Below, piece after piece: positions 1 to 12,900 of a stretch of 64,000 nucleotides of DNA. The position numbers and the translations under genes were made by a program. The stretch covers positions 868,001 through 932,000 of the forward strand of contig CATNEN010000001.1 in NCBI GenBank assembly GCA_950097015.1. Direction: 5' to 3'. Each line of letters begins with the position of its first letter. Within the stretch, counting starts at the first letter, position 1. The DNA comes from Macrostomum hystrix. Lineage: Eukaryota > Animalia > Platyhelminthes. The notes under the pieces are model-generated. The model worked only from the letters and a program-made list of their open reading frames with translations. It was not told the origin of the DNA and ran no database searches.

Positions 1-3000
1 TTTAGGGGGCTCATGGTAACAGTTTAGTTGTTGGGGCCCTGACCTTTTCGGTGAGGAGACACCTCGGCCGGCAACAGCATCACAAGCGGCCTGAGCAGCG
101 GTTTCCCCAGCTGCGACCAGCTGCAGCGCCGATTGGGCCGCGCGCAACGGCTAGGCAACCGGCCCGACGAGAATTTTCGGGCCCGGCCAGCTGAAAACAC
201 CTGGGCGCGCGGCGAATCAGAGGCTACCACGGCCCGGCAACGGAATCGGGAAGGCGCGAACGGACCAACCAACCCGGAGCCACCTGGGGAAGAGCACGGC
301 CGGACCCTCGGACTTAAGGAGAAAACGGCCGGAGCCTCCCGGGATTGCGCAACCGAGACCAAGCCGGGCAGGGAAAGACGGGGACAGCTGCAGCCACCTG
401 GAGGAGAAGGCGAGCCGGGACACGGCACCCCTGGGCAACGAGAACAACCTTAACTCAGCCGGAATGCGCACCCACCTCCCCTCAGGACTCTATCCCTTAG
501 TCGCTAGGGGCGCCGACCTTTACACTCTCGCACACAATCTATTTATAGCAGTATTGTTACGTACGATGACCTAGGATTTCTTCTCTAGCGGATTTCTTCT
601 TAAGGTTCTTTACGGTATACAGTAGGGTAATGTAAGTTTTTGCCCCCTCGATTCGCGGCACACCCCACTACTGACAGTAAGCACGTAAGTGCCTTACGTG
701 AAAGTGAGCGAAGGCGGTGTGATGTGGAGTGTACTTCGGAATCGAGTGGGGTTGTGAGCCAGCCTAATTTTTCCAATTTTTAGCAAGTCAATAATCGCGA
801 CCCACATAGCAGCTGGCCGCAGAACACCATCATTAATCTTAGGGCCAGACATTGGGCGGAGGTGAATTAAGTAGCCGCCGATTCCCTTTGTCTCGGATCT
901 GTCTAGTCCCCTGTAGGAGTGACTGATCGCGGAAATAGCAATACTGTATGGACTAGTTTAGGTCATAATTCCCCTCCAAGCCGCGATCAGATTGTCGGGA
1001 TCACTCATGCGTTTAGAGTGAGCTTTAATTCTTCATGTCCCTCTTCTTTACTGTAACCCGAGCCGGGGCTCGATTATGACCTTTCCCCCTTTAGATACAT
1101 GTAACGACACTATAGGCAGGTCGGCGCCTGCGCTTCCCATATCCCGGCGGGATCACAATCATTGGCCGACTGCCGGCAGACGCTCCTAGTGGGGCATCTG
1201 GCGATTCTCGCCGCCGCTTCAGTGGGCAATTGGGGTGGCATAATGCCGACCCGATTCCTCGCTGACAGGCCGGCGAGCATGTGGGTTATTTTGATGAATG
1301 CGAGGTTGGCGGAGCTGCAGGACTATTTAAGAGAGCGCGCTGCGCTGCCCCTAGGACAACCTTCCCAGGACACCTTCCCTCCACCCTGGACTAAAACCTA
1401 CCCCCTTCCTGTCTGGTCCCGGAACTCGGTCCGTGGACTCTCCCCCTTCTAGGCTAGCACCTAGTCCCTGAGCCTAAGGCTCCAGAGCATAGCAGCAGGC
1501 AACTACCTGCTAGTGCCCTTAAGCGCAAGCCACCTCCTTAGGTGCGCTCCAAATTGAGCCTTGAGCTCCCTGCAGTCTGGCCCCTTGCCAACTGTACTCA
1601 GCAATCCCTCACCTTTTCCCCCGTTCATTTGCATTCCCCCGCGAGATCGACGGCCTGCAGCCTGTCAACCAGCGTAGTCAGATAAGTAACCCGCGCAGCG
1701 GACTTTTATTGCTATCCCTAAGGGATTTACTATTTAGCTAGTGGGTAATAAGGGCAAGGGCGGGGATTTGATTTAGCCTAATAAAACTATTAAATCACAG
1801 CTTATCTAACTTATTGGGCAACTTAATAACAACTTAAATCCTTTTTACTATGCATTCCACTTTCTCTTATTTTATCGTTAGACAGCCCTCGATCATGAGT
1901 GGCTAACTTATTAGGGGGATGGGCTCTGGTGATGCCTAGCTGAAAGCTGCGGCAGGAGGATAACTGTGAGCGCGCATGAGAGTAATAAGGAGCTAGGGAT
2001 TTGCGAGTAATATGCGGAGCGTAGCATGTGTTTCTCTGCTAGGGGTGGGGGAATTCCTTGGCGGGTTTTTCCTCTCTTTCTGGCAGATCAAGGAGTGCGT
2101 GTCAACCTCCCTTGTCAATTAATGTTTCCCTTCTGTTCCCCGCCTCTCGCTGCCGCCGCCATGGGAGCGAGGGGTGTGATCTAATAATTTCCTGCTTGCA
2201 TAATCACTCAGCCAGTGTTCAGCTTAATCTCTCCTGCCTCTGTTCTCCTCAACTCACACAGACTCGGTTTGCTAGTTATCTAATGTGTAGGCTGCAGTCT
2301 AATGTACCGAATGTGTCTGATGTTTCATGAGTAGGATTCTGGCTATGGGTTTCTTTTTCAGGTTCTGAGTACCACCTTTCTAGACCACTGTAGCGCAAAT
2401 TCAGGAATCCCCTGGTGAGGCGTGTCTCGATCCATTCTGGGGTCTTCGCCCTAGTCTAAAACGGAAGTTACAGAAGGCTCTATTTTTCGGCTTGTCTAAG
2501 ATCTGCGTGACAAACTAGGAGCTGCGAGCTCCGGGGACCCAAGTTCCCAAATGCCTGCGGTGGCAACGTAGGCGCATTGGGTGGTGGCGCTACCCTAGAT
2601 CATTTTCCGCTTTGCCGATAGCCTTTCCGCATTTCTAAGACAAGAGCCTAGGCCGAGTCGACCACTGCTACCGAGTTTAGGGGTCAGTTACGAACATGCT
2701 ACTGATGACAGTAGGCTATCTAGCCCTGTCCTATTCGCTTGCGGGTAGTCCGACATCTATTTAGACTTTTAGCCGGTTTCGAGCACTGCTTGGGGTGGGC
2801 ACGGCAGTCATGCCTGTGGCCTATGGGTTGGGTGGGACTGGCCAGCCTGAGGCCAATAGGACCACTCACTTGCATCCTTTGTACCGCCTCATCTCTCCCT
2901 TCATCTCTCCCTTCATCCCTCCCTTCGTCATCCCTCTCTGCGACAACTCGCGGCAGCAGCGATCGACCTCCGACTCTATCGTCGTTTTCCACACTCCTAT

Positions 3001-6000
3001 CTTTCATGAGGGCGGTCATCGGCTAGCAAAAGACCCGCACTATTTCATAGGCCTAATAACAACTTACTAAATCTGTTGTCATTGTTACGTGTTTTCATTC
3101 GAATTGTATTGACTTACAACAAAGTAAGAAGTCTTAAAGAAAATCATATGAGTCAACCAGCAGAATTCTAGTCAGCACCAAACTCGTCACACATATTATA
3201 CGTCATTGTTATTCTTTTACACTATGTATTGATAGTGTACACTATACACTACTCTGAAGCAAAAGCCTTATGCTCAGAGAAGAATAGGTAGGGACATGAA
3301 AGTAAACCAATTCATACAAGCTGCCATGTGGATAAGCAGAAAATTATCGGCACGGATCCGTGTGGATAAAATTGAAATTATCGGCACGAGACCGTGGGAA
3401 TAAGCACTTCCTTATGCCAAATTGTGCCATCACTGCATCAGTACAGGGTGCCCAGAATTTAGAAAAATGTGCAGTGTTTAGCATTGAATAGTGTACTTAT
3501 TTAGACAGACATTTAAATACAGCAATGTTCTACTTCCATCTATTTATTATATTTTTTTTGTTTGCAAATAACAGATAACAACAATAAACAAGTTTAATGG
3601 TAACAAAAAGTCAGTACTTTGGTCACAGTTCTGAAAAGTCTTGGTCAGTCTTTCTTCTTTCAAACCAGGTAATAGTGCCTAATCCAGCAGAGGAAGGCAC
3701 CAAAGCTATTCTTGGGGTATAGATGGCGCCATAAGAATTCTTCAAGTTGGCTTTCAAATGGAGCAGCACTCGTGCCATGCATTTGATGCAGCTTGGCCTT
3801 CACGAAATCTTCAGCTGCAGAATTTCTGTGCTTTAGCTTTCTGTTCCCCTATATTTGCCAGATTTTCCCATGGACATAGATCCAAGTATCAGTGCAAAGC
3901 CACGTCAACACAACTTTTTCAAACTCAGAATACACATGTGGCACGAATACAAACAAAAAAATAATAACGAACGGAAGTAAAACATTGCCTTAAATACTTA
4001 ATTATAATCAATTAAAACATGACAAAAATACTAAACCTGCAATGCTTTACCCTTTTATTAAAAATCTTTATTGTTATCAAAAGACAGTATTTTAATTATG
4101 TAGTCTTTTCACTACCATTGTAATTGTTTCTGGCAGCTTAGGCTGGGTACTACTTTGCTCTAATGTGGCCACTTCAACATTCTCTTTCTTTGAAGTTCTA
4201 TCTGTTAACAAATTTTCCAGAAAAGCATAAAGATTTCTTCAATGTACTGTTAGAAGTCAGCTTCAGCATCAGGAGATATAGACATTCATGTACATAGACT
4301 GTCTCTGTGATGCCCAAAAAAAGAAATGAGTGAGGTAGTGACTTACTTGAGTGTTCTAGTTTAAACTGGCAAGTCTGACTAGAGTCCATTTTTTGTAAAG
4401 GGAAAGTTTTATACCTAGCTTCTATTAAAATAAATAAATGTAGGGCCCATATAGTTGGACAGTTAAAAATAAGGGGTAGCAAACCAGCTAGGTATGATAT
4501 AATTAACCAAACAGTGCATCATCAAACCTAAATATAGATGTTGCTTTACTATTTGTTGTCTTGCCATGAAACAATATCAATACTTTTTCCTGAGACCCCT
4601 CAAACCATAATAGAGAAAATTAAAAAAGCTGTGGACACTCATGCTAGGTGAGCAGGTGCACAGTTGGCTTCAAGAAAAAAACGCAAATGTGCAATTGCTC
4701 TAATTAGAAAGTGGCAAATCATTGAGTTCTTAAAAACAAAGTTAACAACAAACAAACCAACTTGAACACAAAACTAAAAAGTATTGAACTACTAAGTTGA
4801 AATACAAACTGAATTTACATTTTTCTTTTTTAACAATGTGTCAATAGGTTGCTTTCATACAATGTGATACATGTGATATAATAACTGTTTGTTATATATC
4901 TACATACTTGTGACAACTTTACATACACAATGCATGGCCAAGCAGACAAAAATTTCTTTTTGGTAGCAAGCAATTTTTCACAAGCGTGCTGGACACTATT
5001 TGCTCCAATAGGGCCTTCAAATAAAAGAAGAGGTAGCGTTGGTAATACTTACAAAAAGCTCCAGCTTTGTCTGGAAACAACACTATGTTTTTATGTCTAA
5101 TTGACAAAAGTGGTCTTGAAAAATTTCTGTGTTATGTTGTTGAAAAGATGTTGTGTAATACCTATAATAATATCTCTGCTATCTCAGAACTCTGAGTAAG
5201 AAAAATGATATCACTATTTATCAGCAAGAAAATTTCTAAAAATGTAATTTCTATGAAATGTTGGTATTTTCCATGCTTGTTGGAAAAGTTCCATAACTTT
5301 CTTAATCATTAATAGAGTTACAAAACTTGTATCTTGATAAACTCTACACAAAATTTTCTTTTATTTCACCACAGAAACTTGCATCAAAATAGTTCCACTA
5401 CTATGACAAATACTGTTTGATGATGCAATTTTTTCATTTGGTTCAGTTTTCAAATGTATGCATCATCAAATTGAACAAAAAAATTGTCAAACCAAACAAG
5501 AACAAAAAAGCTAAATGATGTGTCTTTGTGCTTGCTTAAAATTCCCCCAAAAAATAATGCCTTTGCACAACATTTATGTCTTCAGAAGAGGAACAATGTG
5601 CAAAAACACACAGAGTTTTGTTTAAAATTTTGTCTCGAAAATGTTTGACTTTTTATCAACCAGTTTTTTTGCGGAGATGTCAAATGTGTTACTTTCTATT
5701 GGCAGTAGCAAGAAAGATCATTGCAAATGTTCTGACTTTATTTTGTGCAAGTGCCAAGAAAATTACTAGGGGCAGTAGCCTCTTGCCTCATGTTACGAGT
5801 GGAAGCTAAGAAAATATTCCATAGAACAGCACTTGAGTGGGTGCAAAAAAGATCAAATCTTTTCCCTAGCTCCTGCTGTTAGTTGAGACAAGCCAAGGTG
5901 AGAGTTTGCGATGTGACAAAAACCAGTTGAGAAAAGCCAAGTGATAGTGATGCAATAGTCAATATATTGTGGCTCAATAACATGCTGGAGTTGAGCAGCC

Positions 6001-8109
6001 CCAATCCCAGGACTAAAACCAGCCATGTACATGCAAGATAAGATAAGCAATATAATTATAGTAGGCACACAGCAGGACTGAGAGCAATAACATGTACATA
6101 GCCAGCAAATCATAATGCAATGTACAGTGAAGCGCACCAAGCCCAGAGCCATGCAGAGTGAACAGTCTGACACCTACCCCCTCCCCTTCCCTCCCTGATG
6201 CTGTTATAATAAAATGTCCTTGCTTGGAAAAACCTTCCTACTAGACCTATTGTCCCTTAATTACCTTGGAGTTTAGTGAGATCCAGCAATTCAGCAAGAT
6301 AGAGCACAGGATTTGGGGTGGGTGCAGAATAGCTTCCAGTCCAGATGTTTACTGGTGAATGGGGCTGAGTAGCGATGGGGGATAGTCTCTGAACCCCCTC
6401 AAGTTTGACTAAGGGCCTAACAGAGTCAGGCATCGCCTAGAAGGTGAGTGAAGGGGTGGGAGGGTAAGGGAAGGGGTAGGAGGGTGAGAGAGAAGGTAAG
6501 CCACTTCAATCTTTATCAAAAATAAAGTTCAAATGAAAGAATTTTTCAGGACCACTTTTGTCAATTAGACATAATAACGTAGTGTTGTTTCCAGACAAAG
6601 CTGGCACATGTTGTAAGTATTTATATATATTATTGCTTTGTTTGCACCTGATGAGTACAAGAATAAACTAAATCTTAAAAGCATAGCAGCATGAAAACTT
6701 TGAAAAAATTTAAGCCAATGTGACATGCAAGCCAAAACACTGCAGCTGAGAGTGGCATGCTGGTATATAAAACCCCACCAACCCCTTATGGGGTGGGTGA
6801 GTAAGCAGCAAGAGAAAAGGGGATGGGTGGATAACACTCATTATACAACAGGCCCTTAAGCCCGCTGCGCATAATGGAGACAATAAATAATGGACAGGGT
6901 GCAAAATGAAATTTAAATTAAATAGATGCAGAGAACCAAACTCAATTTTTTAAAATGTACCAAATTAGGGAATGATTAGAATTCATTGATATAAATTAAA
7001 AATTAAATAATTGCAGCATGCTCATTATGCATTGAAATTAGTATTCATGCAAATATACATACTATATATTGACAAAGAGCATTACTGTAGCCTGTAAACA
7101 ATAACCAAAAAGATGTGTTGGGCCTAGTCTATGCAAAAAAGAAGAAAGAATTAAAAAAATGTGGAGTACTTATCACTTTTCAAAAGAGAAGGTGTAGACA
7201 TGTTAGGGGGTGGGAGAGATGAGAGGGAATGAGAAGATGAGAAGAATATGAGAGGGAGTGAAGAGGGGAAGCCTGAGGTAGACTGCGGGAGAGAGGGGAA
7301 GCCTGAGGAAGTATAGTGCATTGCTGTTGCACTTGCAGTTCAACAAATTTATTAATTAAGTAGCCAAGGCCTACTTGTACATGTATGCTGGGTCTTTGCC
7401 TAGGCCTACTGTAAAGTGCAACTACACAATAGTCTATTTATGATGCATACCTCAATCTGATGTAAGTGACTTCAATCTTCCTCGCTTCTGGACATTCTGA
7501 TGATCTCATTTGATGCCATTTGCAGAAGCTGATTTCTGCCAATCAGAAGCTGCTGCAGAGTTGCTTGTTTGATTGTCTTACTAAACAGTAGGACACTGTC
7601 TACTGTCCTCTGCTTCTGTGAAGTAGCGCTTGCTGGTGTTTTTTGGGGCGGCGCTTCTTGCCATTCAAATGCCTGCTTACTCTGTCATACAGTGTGGTGT
7701 GTGGCACCAAAAAACTGTTTTATTCAGGCCAACACACTTTCAAAAGCATCCTTGAGCTATTTCTCTCTTGGCTCTTTTTTCTGCAGTCTTACTGGATCAA
7801 ACATGATGGTTGGCCCAAAGTTGGCAACTCAGAGCACAAAAATAGAATTTTGATTACTTTGATCAAACTAGTTGAAGCAGGTAGGATTTAGAGTTTAGTA
7901 GGCCTGGGGCCTCATTTCATATATTTTTATAATCCCCAGTCCAGGTGGGAAGTCAATGCAACTTCCTTAATGGTCCCACTTGCTCAGGCTTGTTGAGTCC
8001 AGCCAATAGGATTTAGGCCTAGTCGCTGAGGCAAATGTTTCCCACTGAGGCCTCCAGCCTCCTGGTAAACTTACAGTCAGGTAAACAACTTTTAGTTCGA
8101 GTGTCAAAA

Positions 8110-8375
8110 TAAAAACCAAACATCATATTCCTTGTTCAGCTTGATGATGGCATGAAAATAGTTGTTCGGTTTTGGTTGTACATGGTCTATAACTTTTTTC
8201 TACTAAACCAATTTGGCTCCAAGCCCGCAACAACATTGTTTCAAAAGAAAAATATGTTTTCTGCAACTTTTGGTTGTTTTCACTTGGATATTCAGCATAG
8301 TTAAAAATAGTTAAAGTTAAAAAAAGGTTGAATGTGTAAAATCATCAATTTCTTGTTCAGTTGATGTTTTACCCT
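8110..8375. mobile_element. Partial MITE copy, same family as 48127-48514
   Basis: Shares blocks ttgttcagcttga..catgaaaat..tttctgcaactt..aaaggttgaat..aaaatcat..ttgatg..ttttaccc with the TIR-bounded copy. Confidence 0.6.
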
Positions 8376-9916
8376 ACCCCCCTAGAGCCATGCATTTATA
8401 TTGCCCTGGGTGACCTGAGGCTAAGGTTGAGATAAGCATCCACACTGACCCCTACAAACCACTGCTTAGCACCCCAACCCAGCCACCTGCTGGCCAATCA
8501 TGGTACAGCTAGAAGAATAGCCCAAGGCAAGTGCAAGACTAGGGCAGCCTAGACAATCAGCATGCACAAAAACAGCAGTTAAGCTAAACAGGCAAATAAG
8601 TGGTGCTTGGGGGCTATACCACTGATAACAAAGTGGCAAGAGCTAACACAAAAATCTGCATATAGTATGCCATATACTGCATGGGGCAAGGTGCTTATAC
8701 TAAAAAGTGCATAGGCAAAACAAAATATATAATGTATTATAAATTCACATATTATGACTAGCTAATTCTTGTTGCTATGAGCATATATTATTTTTAGTAA
8801 TAGCTGTGTGCATTGATAAGAGTGAGTCTTATGGACATAAAATTGGAGTTCATATAAATTTGTGGAAATTATATAGTAGAGTTATCTAAATGTATTGTTT
8901 TTATTATCCAATGATTATTGTATTTGTTATAATAAAAATTCACTGTTGCCATTATTGTTTCTTGTGAAATGAAAAAAATGTACTATTTTTATCAATGCTT
9001 GTCTTTGTGCTGCATTGAAATTTTTTAATTTAAATTAAATACCATGTTTTGGCAGTCAATTAAAGAAACTGAAATTTTCTAGCTTTAGAGCTTCTAGCTT
9101 TAATAAAGTATTTATTTTTCATAAAAATCTTTTGTCTACATAGTGCTGCACAATTTGCCAGCATTAGAGGAGACTAAATGTATAGAGAATTGACATGAAG
9201 AAAACAGCAGTTTTCAATCATGTCATGTTCAGGGTGCAAAGTACATAAAAAGTACAAGTTATAAAAATATATTGTTTTTTAAACTAAATGTAAGTTCCAT
9301 TGATGCTGATTGATGCATATGCAAAAGTGAAAGCAAAATGTAATTGTAGACTGTAAGTGCCATGGCCCAGGTACATTATAGTTATCAACAAGTTATGCAT
9401 CTCTTTTACATCATTCATAGGATTTGCTAATAAAAAACAATTAAAGTACAACAAATAGAGCAATAAAAATCTTAAGCCATGCTTTAAAATCCAATGTTTT
9501 TTTATCAAAAGCTAAGTAAAGAATCGGCCTGATAGTTATTTGCAAATTGAGCCTGCTCATTTAAGTAGCACTGCTCAATGAAGTTAGTTGACATTTTATA
9601 CAGATAACTATAAAGTGCTGGACATTATGAGTAAAAAAGCGAAACATGAGATACCAAATGCAAAAATTTTAATTGTTTAATTTTCTTTTTGAAGTAATTC
9701 TCAGAGGTGTACTTTATGATTTAGCCTACTAAATAAGCAAGAGAAATACATAAGCTTTAGCAGATGGTAAACTTATGCTGGTACTATTTAAGATATATAA
9801 GCTTGTACTTTAATTGTATTGTTCTCGTAGTTCCTTTTCAGGTTACTTTTAGTAGATTTGGGAAGTTCAAAAACACAAGAACAAAATAAGAATAAAAATT
9901 GCAGCATCGAAGACGG

Positions 9917-12900
9917 ATGAAAGGCCGGCTGCATTTAACTGTTGAAAACAGTTTTTGCGAAGAACTCTCTGGCGAGGTGCTACCCTATCTGGCCAAGTTC
10001 CTTAAGTCTGTGAATATTTTCTTCTCCGAGGGCCCGCCCGGCCTGCCAGAGGACAAACAATGGGTGACTTTCACTGGCACAGGCGATAGTTTGCAATACG
10101 CCTACAACTATGTAAAGATGGCGTGCTCAAAAGCTGCTCACAGTATGTTCTGCAAGCTCAAGAATAAGTCGCTTGTTGATCTCATGTCAAAGCCGTGCGC
10201 TCTGCGCTTCTTATTGGAGCAGAATTTTAGTGCCCTGGTGAAATGCGAATTTCTCGATCAGGAAGCTGAAGCAGATACCAATGCCGCTGCTGGCGTGACA
10301 GAATACCAGGTGCGCCTCATTGGCGATCCTGATGGTACCAGTCGACTATTTAGCGCCCTAGAAGACATTTCTAAAGGTTGTCACAATATTACTGGCCAAA
10401 TACCCAAGGAGGCCTTGCTGAAGACTGCTAAGCCTCTCCTAGAAGAATTCGGATTAAACACGGAGGTATTATTTTTATAGATTTTTTGTAGCATTGCTGT
10501 TATAACTATTTCGGAGAACTAGTTAATGTACTGATACATTAGAATTAGAGCATTCACAGTAGGGCTGTGGGCACTAGCACATTATTTAGTGAGGAGGTAG
10601 CGAGGAGGCGATTCTGCTCATTCTGCTGACACACTGACTCCTGAGCACAAACTCACACAGGTGTATATCCGCCCTGACTTTCTTATCGTCAGGCTGTGTA
10701 CACTGTGTGCCTTGGAGGTAGGTCCTAAAGGGTGTAAACTGCACAACAAGCCCCCTAAGCCTTCTCTCCGCGGCTGCGCCCCCAATTGAATTCAATTGCA
10801 TTGAGTAGTAATATTTAGAATTGCTCAAACATTATTTCACGTCGCCTCCCAAACCCAGGAGCTGTTGAATCACAGCACGGTGTTGACCTTCGCTGTCTAC
10901 AAATGGCTCTCAGAAAGAAAGCAATCTAACAGTTTGCATCCTATTGGCCAGGGCTTGCCGCAGTTGGAGCTATGCGAACTCACACCAGAATCTCCTAGAG
11001 CTCTGAGCTCAAATATTGGCAATGCTAGCAATTTAGTTCGTCAGAATGTCCTTTCTGAAAATATTAGCAAACGATTGGGCCCGCCTGTTGCTATGGAAAC
11101 GGACGATGAGCCTGTTGCTAAGCGACAAGGCCCAGCATCGATTCAAATTCAAAACGTAAGAGGATCGCGATCTACTATGACGCCGTTAGTTAGCGGCTAC
11201 GATAGTGCCTACACACAACTGCCTAGCAGCGATACTGGCATTGCTCGCATCTTCCAATCTAATCAGCAGCAGCAGCCTGAGCCTATTCTCATCGACTCGC
11301 CCTCGCCTCCATCCTCACCAAAGCAGGCAAAAACAAATAGCAACAATAATGCACAGAATAGAGACAGTTCTATTCACATTGACGTGGACGATGACGATGA
11401 CGACCTCGTCATCACCATGGAGATAAAGCCGAAGTCTACTCAGCAGCAATCCCAGGTGCCTTTCGCTCGTTACAGTGTCAATTCGTCAGCTCCTCCGCCG
11501 CCCCAGCCGAAGCTGCCGCCTCCCCCGATTCCTGTCGCCCCTGCTGCATCCGGGTCTAATCGTAGGTTTTCACCTATCCTTGGTCCGTCACCTTCCGCTT
11601 CTCAGCAGCAGCAGCCGCCTCCGCAGCCGCCTCAGCAGCAGAATCCTTCATCTGGGATAATTCAGCTTCAAAGAAGCGGCAGCGATTCTATCGCCGATGC
11701 CAGGGCAGCCTGTTTAGCATCCGGCAGGGCCTATATTCCGCCGCAGCCGCCGCCGGGTGTTGTGCCGTCAAATCTTCGCAGCGTCATCATTGACGGACCC
11801 CAGTGCGGCTTCGGCTACACCGGTAATCGCTGCTTCGATTCTAACGGCATTCTCGTAGCTATCCAATGGTTTTTAGATCGCGGGCACACCGACGTGACAG
11901 CGTTTTTGTCTAGAAAGTTCTACAATCGAGCCAACGATACTAGGCACGTGTTGGACAACCTGCAACAGCAGCAGTTGTTGACCATCACACCAAGCAGGTG
12001 AGCCTTTTTGTTGGAAAAATGGGTAAAGCAAAGAAATTACTACAAAATTATATCTAGTACTGTAATTAGTTTAAAGATTCTAAATCCTTGTTTTTCGGAC
12101 TGGAAATCATAGTTGTTTAGAGATTGGAAAGCATAGTCGTTTCGGGTTTGGAAATCCTAGTTGTTTAGGGATCGGAAATCCTAGCAGTTTAGGAATTGGA
12201 GATCCTAGTAGTTAAGGGATTGGAAATCATAGTTTTTTAGAGATTGGAAACGCAAGCAGTTTAGGGATTGGAAATCATAGTAGTTTAGGGATTGGAAACC
12301 ATAGTAGTTTAGGGATTGGAAACGCAAGCAGTTTAGGGATTGGAAACGCAAGCAGTTTAGGGATTGGAAACCATAGTTGTTTAGGGATGGGAAACCATAG
12401 TAGTTTAGGGATTGGAAACGCAAGCAGTTTAGGGATTGGAAATCATAGTAGTTTAGGGATTGGAAACCATAGTAGTTTAGGGATTGGAAACCATAGTAGT
12501 TTAGAGATTGGAAACCCTAGTTGTTTAGGGATTGGAAACCATAGTAGTTTAGGGATTGGAAACCATAGTAGTTTAGAGATTGGAAACCCTAGTTGTTTAG
12601 GGATTGGAAACCATAGTAGTTTAGGGATTGGAAACGCAAGCAGTTTAGGGATTGGAAATCATAGTAGTTTAGGGATTGGAAACCATAGTAGTTTAGGGAT
12701 TGGAAACGCAAGCAGTTTAGGGATTGGAAACCATAGTAGTTTAGGGATTGGAAACCATAGTTGTTTAGGGATTAGAAAACCATAGTAGTTTAGGGATTGG
12801 AAACCATAGTAGTTTAGAGATTGGAAACCCTAGTTGTTTAGGGATTGGAAACCATAGTAGTTTAGGGATTGGAAACCATAGTAGTTTAGAGATTGGAAAC

